Of a stretch of DNA of 64,000 nt, positions 38,234 to 52,100 are shown one piece after another. The first letter of the stretch is position 1. The number at the start of each line of letters is the position of its first letter. A model generated the notes under the pieces. It did no database searches. It was not told where the DNA came from and saw only the letters and a list, made by a program, of their open reading frames with translations. Source of the stretch: Convolutriloba macropyga (Eukaryota). The stretch lies in contig NC_134477.1 in NCBI RefSeq assembly GCF_964194025.1, positions 53,940,001 to 54,004,000 on the forward strand, in the 5' to 3' direction. Made by a program: the position numbers and the translations under genes.

Positions 38234-41200
38234 GGAACGGGTGTCTTAATAAAAAAGCAGAGTCCGTCAATGTTTTGGCTCGCCTTCGATGTTACGCATT
38301 GTTCTTTTGACTGGCTCATTTCATCTCTTCTCCATTTTACGTATTCTTGTTGTCAGTGTTTGGTTTTCTGTTTTGTCAAGTTGACGTTTTGTCTGAATCA
38401 GAATTTTTTCAATATATTTTGCTGTGGAGTTTTACTAAGATTATTTGATTACTTGTTGTTTTTTAAAGCTGATCAAGATGGGTTTTTATGATGAAAAGAA
38501 GAAGTAAGCGATCTTTTCGATGCCTCGTTTTGTATGCAGAAACATCTCAGTTGTATGGATGTAAAAGATGTTTTCTGTTCTAAACGTACAGACAATTCTT
38601 GAAATAGGAAATAGCCCTGCAGGCATGTCTAGCAGTTTTTAAAATTTTCAAAATTGGGTGCTTCCGCTTTTGTCGGTAATAGCTCATAGCTCTTTTCAGT
38701 TTGGATTTTCCGGCAACATTTGCAGACATTTCAATTTTTCGTAGTTGTTCACTGCCGCTGAGATCCCTCTTTTTTTATAATTGCTTAGATTCCTTCAAAA
38801 GCATTCCATTTTTTTCTCTGCAGTAGCACCACCTGGAAATCAAACTTACCAAAGAAAAGAAAGAAAAGAAAGAATTTATTTATCAGAATCTCAGTAAATA
38901 CGTAAAATTAACACAGCACAAGTTAATGAGACTCGGAAAGGATAGGTAACGGGATCATTCGATCCGCCTTGTCCTACCCGTGGCTATTCACGAAATATTA
39001 AAAACGAAAACACAAAAAAAACTCAAAAATTAAAAATATTTTAATTTCCAAAAATCTGCAAATTAAATGTTGTCTATCTTTCCAGGTAAGCTTTTTGATA
39101 CCATAGACTCAAGAGGCATTGACTACTTATCCATTCTAAAGTATGAAGAGCGAGGGAGAAAATTTTTCTTTTTTAAATTATTAAGATTAAAATTTTTTTA
39201 AGTCTTTAGAAATTTTTAATTTTTACAAAAATAACAAAAAATGCATTATCTCGGATCCTAGAAGAGCTAGAGGGGTCAAACTTTTCACCCAGAATCAGGG
39301 CAAAAATAGATGTCCTGTAGCATGCAGCCAAGCGGGTTGAGATATTGGGTTCCTAAAAATTAAAAATATGTTTCACCAAATCCTGGTTTTGTAAAAGGTA
39401 CGTTTTTTTGATTTCATAATAAATTTTTTAAATTTCTTTTGCATTACACTTACTAATATTTTCTGGCAACAAATTGTTGGTTTGCAGAAGATTGAAGAGT
39501 TTCGAGGCCCTGTATTTTATAAAAATCCTCTCTATTTTGGTCCTAGCAATGGGTTCAGATAAAACCTGATTTGATGAAGACCTGGTGCATCTTTTGATTT
39601 CTTTCATTTTGAATAAATTGCTGGAAAATATTTGTTGAAGCAATCCAGCAACTGATCGTAATACGAATTTAAGCAATTCGTATACATGTAACTCAAATAC
39701 TTAAAATTTCATTTGAAAAGAAGATATCATTGCAATGATCCCGTCTGTTACGAAATTAGACAAATTTTAGAATCCTTTTCTGCAGCGGGAAAATAGGATT
39801 TAGCCTACTGTAGCTACAACAACCATATACAAGTATACCATATTGTATAATGGGTGCAACATTGCTACGATAATAGTTTATTAATTGAAACCGGGGCACG
39901 TAGTGCCTCAATTTCGAAATGATTCCACACTGCTTACCGAGTCTCTTTGTAACATAATCAACATGTGAATGGAACGAAAGTTTATTATCATTATGAATAC
40001 CTAAATATTTACACACAGGCTTACAATTTATCACAGTTTGATTTAAGCTGAAAGCAGAGTTGGAAGCACTAGGTTTTAAATTCATTTGTACAGTTTTTGT
40101 TAAGTTAATTGCAAGCTTATTGGCATTTAGCCAAACATTGAGGTTACAGAGATCCTCTTTTATACCTTTCACGTCATTGTTTATTGCAGTTAGGTTGGTG
40201 TCATCAGCAAATAGTAAAACTTGTAGGGAATTACAGGAAAATGGCAAGTCATTTATGTATATCAGAAACAATAGTGGTCCAAGAATAGATCCTTGTGGAA
40301 CACCGCAATTTATACTTTGCCAAGAAGAGGATATATTATTAACTTCTACCCTTTGGATCCGTTTCGAAAGGTAAGACTGTAACCATTTCAAGCATTGCCC
40401 TCTAAATCCATAGCTTTCTAGTTTATAAAGCAGGATGGAATGGTCTAGAGTATCAAAAGCTTTTCGTAGATCAAGGAAAGAGCTGATCATATTTTTATTC
40501 TTCACTCTCATATTTTCAACAAGGTCCACTAATACATCAATGGTACAATGCTTCGATCGAAAACCATATTGCTTGGGGTACAATAAAGAAAATTGCTCAA
40601 GATAGTCATACATTCTTACATACATTGCCCTCTCAAAAATTTAACTCCAAACTATAAGTAGTGATATTGGCCTGTAATTATTTTCACAAGTTTTATGTCC
40701 ATTTTTATGAAGTGGAAGAACTTTCGCTTTACGCAGCTCTTCGGGGAATTCGCCGTTTTGAAATGAGAGATTTACCAAATTAGTCAGATAGGGAATCACC
40801 GCATCAGATGAGGCTTTTATAATTAAAATGCTGATATAGTCATCCCCTGAAGAAGATTTATTGTCCAAATTATCAATAATTGATTTGATTTCACTTTCAC
40901 TTTTATCATTCAGAAACATTGACTTTTCAACTTTCAGTACCTTTGGCAGATTGGTGGGTTTAATTGTTTTGGTGACTTCTTGGGCAATTGTGGTGAAGTA
41001 TTTATTGAAACTTTCGGCAATCTCAGGAGCCGAGTTTTCTATACAAGAGTCGAGGGCAGGCACGATCGAAGAACTGAGATGCTTGCCACTTATATCGTTT
41101 AAAAGCTTATACGTCTGTCTTGAGTCTCCAATACATGAATCAAACTTCCTCCAGTAAAATTGCTGTTTTGTCTTAACTAAATTGCTTTTAAATTGATTAC

Positions 41201-44200
41201 TTAGATCCTTAAATTTCTTTAAAATCAAGGGGCCTTTATTTTGTTTCCAATTTTTGTGTGCCTTGTTTTTCCGAGATCTTAGATTTTTTAACTTGGTGTT
41301 AAACCATTTTGGTTGCGATGTTGTGGCTTTTGAACAGTTTATTTTGGGGGCTAATTCATGGGAACGGGTGTCTTAATAAAAAAGCAGAGTCCGTCAATGT
41401 TTTGGCTCGCTTTCGATGTTACGCATTGTTCTTTTGACTGGCTCATTTCATCTCTTCTCCATTTTACGTATTCTTGTTGTCAGTGTTTGGTTTTCTGTTT
41501 TGTCAAGTTGACGTTTTGTCTGAATCAGAATTTTTTCAATATATTTTGCTGTGGAGTTTTACTAAGATTATTTGATTACTTGTTGTGTTTTAAAGTGACC
41601 TGCTGATCAAGATGGGTTTTTATGATGAAAAGAAGAAGTAAGCGATCTTTTCGATGCCTCGTTTTGTATGCAGAAACATCTCAGTTGTATGGATGTAAAA
41701 GATGTTTTCTGTTCTAAACGTACAGACAATTCTTGAAATAGGAAATAGCCCTGCAGGCATGTCTAGCAGTTTTTAAAATTTTCAAAATTGGGTGCTTCCG
41801 CTTTTGTCGGTAATAGCTCATAGCTCTTTTCAGTTTGGATTTTCCGGCAACATTTGCAGACATTTCAATTTTTCGTAGTTGTTCACTGCCGCTGAGATCC
41901 CTCTTTTTTATAATTGCTTAGATTCCTTCAAAAGCATTCCATTTTTTTCTCTGCAGTAGCACCACCTGGAAATCAAACTTACCAAAGAAAAGAAAGAAAA
42001 GAAAGAATGAATTTATTTATCAGAATCTCAGTAAATACGTAAAATTAACACAGCACAAGTTAATGAGACTCGGAAAGGATAGGTAACGGGATCATTCGAT
42101 CCGCCTTGTCCTACCCGTGGCTATTCACGAAATATTAAAAACGAAAACACAAAAAAAAACTCAAAAATTAAAAATATTTTAATTTCCAAAAATCTGCAAA
42201 TTAAATGTTGTCTATCTTTCCAGGTAAGCTTTTTGATACCATAGACTCAAGAGGCATTGACTACTTATCCATTCTAAAGTATGAAGAGCGAGGGAGAAAA
42301 TTTTTCTTTTTTAAATTATTAAGATTAAAATTTTTTTAAGTCTTTAGAAATTTTTAATTTTTACAAAAATAACAAAAAATGCATTATCTCGCATTCTAGA
42401 AGAGCTAGAGGGGTCAAACTTTTCACCCAGAATCAGGGCCTAAAATTGGATGTCCTGTAGCATGCAGCCAAGCGGGTTGAGATATTGGGTTCCTAAAAAT
42501 TAAAAATATGTTTCATCAAATCCTGGTTTTGTAAAAGGTACGTTGTTTTGATTTCATAATAAATTTTTTAAATTTCTTTTGCATTACACTTACTAATATT
42601 TTCTGGCAACACATTGTTGGTTTGCAGCAGATTGAAGAGTTTCGAGGCCCTGTATTTTATAAAAACCTCTCTATTTTGGTCCTAGCAATGGGTTCAGATA
42701 AAACCTGATTTGATGAAGACCTGGTGCATCTTTTGATTTTTCATTTTGAATAAATTGCTGGGAAATATTTGTTGAAGCAATCCAGCAACTGATCGTAATA
42801 CGAATTTAAGCAATTCATATACATGTAACTCAAATACTGTTAAAATTTCATTTGAAAAGAAGATATCATTGCAATGATCCCGTCTGTTACGAAAATAGAC
42901 AAATTTTAGAATCCTTTTCTGCAGCGGGAAAATAGGATTTAGCCTACTGTAGCTACAACAACCATATACAAGTATACCATATTGTATAATGGGTGCAACA
43001 TTGCTACGATAATAGTTTATTAATTGAAACCGGGGCACGTAGTGCCTCAATTTCGAAATGATTCCACACTGCTTACCGAGTCTCTTTGTAACATAATCAA
43101 CATGTGAATGGAACGAAAGTTTATTATCATTATGAATACCTAAATATTTACACACAGGCTTACAATTTATCACAGTTTGATTTAAGCTGAAAGCAGAGTT
43201 GGAAGCACTAGGTTTTAAATTCATTTGTACAGTTTTTGTTAAGTTAATTGCAAGCTTATTGGCATTTAGCCAAACATTGAGGTTACAGAGATCCTCTTTT
43301 ATACCTTTCACGTCATTGTTTATTGCAGTTAGGTTGGTGTCATCAGCAAATAGTAAAACTTGTAGGGAATTACAGGAAAATGGCAAGTCATTTATGTATA
43401 TCAGAAACAATAGTGGTCCAAGAATAGATCCTTGTGGAACACCGCAATTTATACTTTGCCAAGAAGAGGATATATTATTAACTTCTACCCTTTGGATCCG
43501 ATTCGAAAGGTAAGACTGTAACCATTTCAAGCATTGCCCTCTAAATCCATAGCTTTCTAGTTTATAAAGCAGGATGGAATGGTCTAGAGTATCAAAAGCT
43601 TTTCGTAGATCAAGGAAAAAGCTGATCATATTTTTATTCTTCACTCTCATATTTTCAACAAGGTCCACTAATACATCGATGGTACAATGCTTCTATCGAA
43701 AACCATATTGCTTGGGGTACAATAAAGAAAATTGCTCAAGATAGTCATACATTCTTACATACATTGCCCTCTCAAAAATTTAACTCCAAACTATAAGTAG
43801 TGATATTGGCCTGTAATTATTTTCACAAGTTTTAGGTCCATTTTTATGAAGTGGAAGAACTTTCGCTTTACGCAGCTCTTCGGGGAATTCGCCGTTTTGA
43901 AATGAGAGATTTACCAAATTAGTCAGATAGGGAATCACCGCATCAGATGAGGCTTTTATAATTAAGTTGCTGATATAGTCATCCCCTGAAGAAGATTTAT
44001 TGTCCAAATTATCAATAATTGATTTGATTTCACTTTCACTTACATCATACAGAAACATTGACTTTTCAACTTTCAGTACCTTTGGCAGATTGGTGGGTTT
44101 AATTGTTTTGGTGACTTCTTGGGCAATTGTGGTGAAGTATTTATTGAAACTTTCGGCAATCTCAGGAGCCGAGTTTTCTATACAAGAGTCGAGGGCAGGC

Positions 44201-44498
44201 ACGATCGAAGAACTGAGATGCTTGCCACTTATATCGTTTAAAAGCATATACGTCTGTCTGGAGTCTCCAATACATTAATCAAACTTCCTCCAGTAAAATT
44301 GCTGTTTTGTCTTAACTAAATTGCTTTTAAATTGATTACGTAGATCCTTAAATTTCTTTAAAATCAAGGGGCCTTTATTTTGTTTCCAATTTTTGTGTGC
44401 CTTGTTTTTCCGAGATCTTAGATTTTTTAACTTGGTGTTAAACCATTTTGGTTGCGATGTTGTGGCTTTTGAACAGTTTATTTTGGGGGCTACTTCAT
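38234..44498. repeat. Direct tandem duplication of about 3.13 kb (38234-41359 / 41361-44498) covering the LINE 3' half and about 620 bp of non-LINE flank
   Basis: ggaacgggtgtcttaataaaaaagcagag starts at 38234 and at 41361. Copy 1 ends gggggctaattcat at 41359 and copy 2 reads gggggctacttcat at 44498. Confidence 0.95.
38851..41359 (-). mobile_element. 5'-truncated second copy of the same LINE (RT region and 3' UTR)
   Basis: Nearly identical to 41984-44498. RT ORFs at 40641..41228 and 39756..40625, with the same simple-repeat tail. Confidence 0.93.
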
Positions 44499-45400
44499 CA
44501 AGAACATTGGCAAATATATTGGCGAACAGATTAAAATCATCATTGACATTAGCAGTTTCATCAAAGCATTCTCCTAAGCGTTGCAGTAAACTGGATTTAA
44601 AGTCTGATACTGTTTTAGGGTTTTTCAGAACAGAAGTATCTCTAAAAGAAACAGGCCGTGGTGGTTTGGTTTCAGTTTTTATTCTCCATCTCAGAGAAAC
44701 AGGAAAATGATCAGATAAATCTTCATATTTCAGTACTTCAGTCGTATCTACATCAATATTTTGGTACACAAATTGGTCTATACATGTAGAGGCAGAATGT
44801 GTCACTCGTGTAGGCTCTTTTGGACTCAAATAGTACCCGTTTGATTCGATAGCGTTCTGATAATTTTTTGTAATTAAGTTATCTTCCAAAACATTTATAT
44901 TGAAATCGCCACAGATGGTCACTGGAGTTTGGCAGGTAGAATTTCGCTCCAGGAAACAATCAAATTTCTCTAGGAAATCTTTTTTATTGGTTCTTGGTTT
45001 ATTATAAATAACCCCCACTTTAAAGTTATAACCATCTTTTGTTTTTTCCGAAAAAATAGCCTCCTAAAAGTTGAGGTCAAAAATTTTTATCAAGCTACAG
45101 TTGCTTTTAACTTGAATCATAACACCACCACCACGACCGGAATCTCGGTTTTTTACAAAGAATTGGTTGTAGCCATTGATCAAATATCCATTAAAATTAT
45201 CGTTTTAACTTAGCCACGTTTCTGTTAAACATAAAACTTCTGGTGGAGACTCAAGACCAAGTACTAGTGCTTCCAACTTATCAAAGTGTGGCTTGATAGA
45301 TCTTACATTTAAATGAAGAATTGAAATTGTATTTAAAGAACATTTTGTAGCACCATTTTCTTTTTCAAAATTATGATCCACTTTCTTTACTTGTTTCAGT
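42560..45400 (-). pseudogene. LINE ORF2 (AP endonuclease + reverse transcriptase) with several in-frame stops and frameshifts
   Basis: APE motifs HLNVRSI, LCLTETWL, GRGGGV, ICGDFNIN, PTRVT..STCID and SDHFPV. RT motifs YRPISLL, FLDLRKAFDTLDH, GVPQGSILGPLLFLIYINDL, FADDT and YLGI. Stops at about 45205, 45065, 44275 and 43780. Confidence 0.93.
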
Positions 45401-46265
45401 AAAAACTCTAAACTCAGACGAATTAAAGCACCTTTGGACAGTATAAAAATCATAACCTAACTTTTGACCATCATCATATAAGGAATGAATCTTATACACT
45501 TTATTCTCAGCAGCATCGTTTTTAATATAATGAATAGTTCCTTCTCTAGACCACACTTTCTCAATTCTCCTGTCCTCCTTCATGAGATTGAAGAACTTTA
45601 ATCTAGGTGCAGTCATGTCTTCGAAAATTCTTACATGTTTCAACTGATCAAAGTTTGCTGCGTTTTTCTTACTCTTCAATATATTGATTTTTGCTACCCG
45701 TCTGGTGAAACGAACAATCACATGACGAGGTCGTTGCCCATTGAAATTTTGGAGCCGGTGAGCTATTGAGATTTCATCCGATGTTATGCTCGACTCTAGA
45801 GCTGAAGCAAAATCGACAACTTTTTCAATCGTCCTATCGTAGTCCTCATCATTCTTCTTTGCTGGGTCATAACACTTCTTCGGGTAATCCAATTATGCGA
45901 ACATTTTCGCGACGGTTGTAAGATTCAAGAATCTCGCTCTCACATTTGGCTTTTAGATTGCACCTTTCTTCAGCATAGTAAATCGATTCATTGACTTCCT
46001 TCTTTATCTCATCTTTTGCTTTCTTCAGCCTTTCATCTATCGCTGATTGGATGCTTTGTATTAACTGCTCTTCTATTATTTTCACAATACCCGGGATCGC
46101 TGATGCAACGGCTTCTTGAATTGTATTTTTTAGTTCATCATTGTTATCATTATCGTCAGTTGGACTGAAGGCACTTCGCAATCGCTTGTTGTCAGCTTTG
46201 GCAACTGGTGTTTGGTCATGGTATCTAAGTCCTGGCATGTGTTCTTTTTCATTTGACTCTGACAT
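45371..46265 (-). pseudogene. LINE ORF1 (coiled coil + RRM-like region), frameshifted near 45880
   Basis: NRRENVRIIGLPE, ISIAHRL, RPRHVIVRF and RIFEDMT motifs typical of LINE ORF1p, split across ORFs 45867..46265 and 45371..45892. Confidence 0.85.
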
Positions 46266-47166
46266 CTTCGTTCTCTGAAACTATTTAATAAGTTTATCAC
46301 AACAATTAGGCTAATGATTACCTTAAATCACTACCAGAAACATTTAGGCGATGTTGACAAAATTTTACTAAGGATTTAATCTGCTGGCTAACGTTCACCT
46401 CAAAACCGAGCAAAATATGTCGCCAAAAACAGAAAGGATCTAACCAATATAAAGGTTGCACTTCAAGGAAACCATTTTTTTCCTGGTTACTTTAGTTTTT
46501 TGTGTGTTTTTATTGTCATTAATTTATTATTTCGATTGAGAGCGTTTATCGGTTTTTAAAATTTTTCGTTAGTCTACAATCTCTTCGATTAACAGGGGTT
46601 TAGTAAAAAAAATATTTAACTAATTTTGTTTAAATTCTTGGAAATTTTTGAATTCTAATCGAAGTGTTATACATATAATAACCACATAGAAGTAATTTTT
46701 TTCCAGTTTTGTTTTTTTTTGGACCAGAGAACTCTCATTGTTGTCTTCCGCCTTCTCTGAGAACTTTGGGCACGACAAAACATTTGTTCCTTTTTCATGC
46801 TCCAATGAAGAAAATCTTCCTCAAAAACAATTTCTATCATCTTAGAAACTTCATTTTTTACATTTTGTTAAAAGAAATTGTGAAAGAAAAACAGTATGAA
46901 CTGACTGATTAAAGTCAATATTATATATGTCTCTAAATTTAAAACTATAATGTACTACTTCATTATCTTAGCCGAATATGTTCTCCTTTAAGAAGCGTTC
47001 TGGTCGTTTGAGTAATACTTGTGAAGCTTCAGTGTCATGAAATTGTCACTATGGAACCTGTTCTAGAATATAAACCCGTATACGATATAACTCTGACGTG
47101 ATACAGATGCACAAGTCCTATCATAAGGCGTTGGAGGTGGGGGGGGGGGTTCATTCGTAATAGTAG

Positions 47167-47382
<216 letters not shown>

Positions 47383-47883
47383 TGATATATTTGCGGTAAT
47401 TGAGGATCTATATGTGGTTACTGAGTTTTTTTAGGGGAGGGGTTACAATAGAGAAGTCCCGCTTGTTTCAGTATAAGAGGAAACCCACCTTTTCCTGTAA
47501 TAACAACTGATCAATTTGTGGAGCTATACAAATCAGACTCAAATTGCTTTTCAATCCGTTTTCATGTAACTACACAATCCGTTTTCAAACACCGTAAGCC
47601 AGTTAGCTGGTCATAATCAAGATTTTGGGCAAAATCAGACGCTGGTAATTTATCGTTCCATTTGATACCAGTTTTTCGTTTGATCAAAACCTTTTCTATT
47701 AATAGTCAACATTTATTAATTTCTATTTCCTAAAAGATTAGCCTCGTTTGTCTGTTATAAATGAGTTATTGGCTTCACTATGAAGAACGGCCTCGTTTTT
47801 TTTGCCCATTATAGTCTCAATGGACTAGTCAAAAGAGGCAATTGTCGGCAACTATTGATTTTTTGTGATAAGCTGTTGATTAG

Positions 47884-48030
<147 letters not shown>

Positions 48031-48351
48031 TAATGCTGAAAGACGGACTCTAACTTTGAAATTTGTTCAGGATTTCTATAAGGTTTATTTGTTCTGCGTG
48101 CAGTGTTCGAAAAAACAATAATTTTTATCAGTGAAAGTTATTCTGAAGTGTTATACCCCAAACTTTCTTTATCAATGGCATAATTGGATTTATGGAGCTT
48201 TTGTTGGTTGATCTCATGTGTAGATATGTCTGCTTTAACTACCAAAAAATCTAGTTTTAAACGATAAAGATTTACTGCTCAAATTTTTTGATTTGTCATT
48301 TTCGGTCATTTTTTGGGACACAAATTATGTTTGTGGAAAAGCATTGGCTAA

Positions 48352-48537
<186 letters not shown>

Positions 48538-48830
48538 TGAAACGCGCCTTAAAACGAGGAAAATTTAATTAATCGATTTAGAGGCAATTGAGCAATTCCA
48601 AACGAGCAATTTGAAAATGCTGAAATGAGAAATAAACTGGCAGATATTAGTGAGAATGTAAAAACGTAAATCATATGATGCGTTTTCCTAAATCATAAGA
48701 TGTTTTGCATAATTTTCTGGCCAGATTTTTTGAACTTTTTACCAGCCTTAGGATTGATATGTTAAAATGATCTAGAGGAAATCATCAACATTGGAACTCT
48801 ATTGAACTCTTACAAACTTTGGTATATTGA

Positions 48831-49013
<183 letters not shown>

Positions 49014-49110
49014 TAGTTTCCTACATCTAGGCCACATCCCCACTGAATTTTTAATTTCCCCGCCTGTCGTTCGAGAGCAATTTTTCGGGCGTTAGTCGGT
49101 TTGTTTTAAT

Positions 49111-52100
49111 TATAGCTGCGAAGCTGTAAGCTGAGCGAAGCTATATTGCGGTGCTCTTGGTTTTTTTACGACTCGAAGAGGAGTATTGGTTTTCTTAAGA
49201 TTTTTTTTTACGACTCGAAGAGGAGTATTGGTTTTCTTAAGGTTTTTTTTTTTTACCGGAAGTACTATTCGTTCAGACGCTGCTTTGACCTAAAAGCGAA
49301 AGTGAGTAAAATTGCCGTGTGAACTAATTTTTTCTGAGCGAGAGAAGTTTTTTGATCATGCGCTGCGTTTAGTGAATGACTTTTTGACTTTGCAAAGTAG
49401 TTTTTGACTGAATGGCACATATAGATAACCGTTTTATGCTGTTTTTTCGTCTAAGTGGCCCAATTTTTTTGCGTGTAATTTAGTTTTTTGTAGAAATAAT
49501 TTTTATTCGATGCTAAATTGAAATGTCAACCTCGGAAATTGATACCACAGTGTTTTGCAGAGCCTGTAGATGCCATTCAAGTTCAAAATTGTCACATATT
49601 TCTTGATTTTTTAGTTAATTTTTGTCTTTTTTTGTATTAATTTCTTTATTTTTGGATCTTTCAACCCTCTTTTTGTCAGAAATCAGTTAATATGACAACT
49701 TCTTTTTAATAATTTATATACTTAAGGCCTCTTTCTATCTCGATGTTATTTTGCTCTATAAAATTGTACATATGCTAATTCTATTTTGGTAGTTTTTTTC
49801 GATTTTTGTCAGTTTTTTGTTTGTATTTTGGTTTAAATTACTAGAAATAGTCATTTTTTGGCGTTAAGTTTTTGGAAAACACTTAAAACTTTTTCCTAAA
49901 TGAAGGCTTTAAAGTTTTTTGACGATTTTTTCTGCAAAATCTTTACATTTTTCATGTTTGAATTCGGCTTTTTCATAACTTTTGTTCTCTTTTCTGGAGG
50001 ATAAATCTTTGTATCGGATGACTTGTTATCTGTTCTATGTCTCGAATGCTGAACAATGAAATGTATTCGTTTTTCTTGATTTTTTTAATTTCATTTTTAA
50101 CTTTCAAAAGTCAAGAATGTCTTTGTTTCGGTGTTCCTTACATTGTGCCCATATTTTTCACATTCTAGTTGGTATCATTCTAGCTTTGTCCTGGCACCTA
50201 CATTCATTTTTGTTAAATTGATTTTGGTTGTTAAAAATTGAATGATTTCAGCTTTTTCTTAGATTTTCGTCATTTCTTTGGTTTGCAATTGATTTCATTC
50301 AACGTAAAGCAGTACTGAGAACTTGCTAGCAAGCTTTTTCCAAAATTTCCACTTCTTACTATTTACTGCATTTTTTTCCGGCCTTGGTATTAATTTAAAC
50401 GATTTTTTGCCTTTGAATATTTTTCTGCTGCTTATATCTTTTCTATGACCAATTTAATTTTTGAATTAATATGAAATCATGTTTTCTATCATATGTACAA
50501 CAAGTAAGAAGTTTGTTGTTTTTTGTCTTATTTGCAGTGATTAGAAATCTGATTGTAGTGGTTTTCTGATGCTTAATTTTGAGCATTCTTTTTGAAAAAT
50601 TTAACTTAGTTTCTTGAGATTATTATCTGCCGTTAGCTTTCGCGATCTTTTTGAGATCAGAATCGTGAACTATTTGAGGGCAATTGATAGCCCTGTCAGC
50701 TTTTTCAGCTCATCAGGTTTTTGATCATCCTAATTATTCGGACTTTTTTAACGTTACCAAACGTTTTCAGTAATATAAAATTTTGTTGCATTTTGTTTCT
50801 CTTGGTGAGTGGTTTGAGTTCCACCAATTTTTAGATCAGACCTGGGAAGGTAATGAGTTAAAGGTTTAATACAAAAGGTAATGGTTTCCGCTGCAATTAC
50901 AGTTTTGTTTGTGAAGTTTTGACGACGCTTTGAGTCGCTTCCGGATTTCTTCCGGCTATGTTCTTAAGGTTTTTTTTTACCGGAAGTACTATTCGTTCAG
51001 GCGATGTATTGACCTAAAAGCGAAAGTGAGCGAAATTGCCTTGTGAACTAATTTTTTCTGAGCGAGAGACGTTTTTTGATCATGGGCTGCGTTTAGTGAA
51101 TGACTTTTTGACTTTGAAAAGTAGTTTTTGACTGAATGGCACATATAGATATCCGTTTTTAGCCGTTTTTTCGGCTAAGTGGCCCAGTTTTTTTTGCTTT
51201 TAATTTGGTTTTTTGTAGTAATGATTTTTATTCGATGCTGTATTGAATTGCAAAACCTCGGAAATTAATACCACAGTTTTTTGGAGAGCCTGAAAATGTG
51301 TTTGAAGTTCAAAATTGGCACATATTTCTTGATTTTTTAGTTAGTTTTTGACTTTTTTTTCTAGTAATTTCTTCAATTTTGGATCTTTCAGCTGTGTTTT
51401 TGTCAAAAATCAGTTAACGTAGCAACTTTCCTTTGACAATTCATATACTCAACGCCTCTTTCTACCTGGATGTAATTTTGTGTTTATTAAAATTGCACAT
51501 ATGCTAATCCGATTTTGGTAGTTTTTTCCCAATTTTTCTGTTTTTTTTTTGTAATTTGAATTTAATTACTAGAAATAGTCTTTTTGTGCAACATGGGAGA
51601 CTTCAAAAAAAATCTGTTTTTGGCATTCATTTTTTTGGCTTTAAGTTTTTGAAAAAACAGTTACTTTTTTTCATAAATGCAGTCTCAAAAATTTATTGAA
51701 CATTTTATTCTGCAAAATTCTGTAAAATTATTTTGTTTGTTTGAATTCTGCTTTTTCTTTTTTTTGTGTTTTGTTCAGGGGAAGGATTTTTGTCTCGTTG
51801 TCTTTTCAACGTCTCGAACGCTGAACAATGAAATGTATTCGCTTTTCTTGATTTTTTGTAACAAACAATAACTTTTCTAACTTTCAAAAATCAAGAATTA
51901 GTCTTTTTGTTACGGTTTTCCTTACATTGTGTCCATATTTATCACATTATTGTTTGTATCATTCTGGCTTTGTCCTAGCACCTTCATTTATATTCCTTAT
52001 ATTGATTTCTTCAGTTGTTAAAATTTGAATCATTTCAGCTTTTTCTTAGATTTTTCTCATTTCTTTGGTTTGCAAATGTTTTCATTCAACTTAAGCCAGT

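Larger units (their letters stand above)
41984..46435 (-). mobile_element. Near full-length, inactivated non-LTR retrotransposon (CR1/L2-like LINE)
   Basis: Minus-strand ORF1 and ORF2 (APE endonuclease + RT). The 3' end has AATAAA followed by a (TTCTT/TTCT)n simple-repeat tail (plus strand aaagaaaagaaagaaaagaaag). The 5' boundary is approximate. Confidence 0.93.

Noticed and set aside
41975-46450. Target-site duplication around the LINE
   Set aside because: Only a short accaa match is present at both ends, which is not significant in AT-rich DNA, and the 5' end is imprecise.
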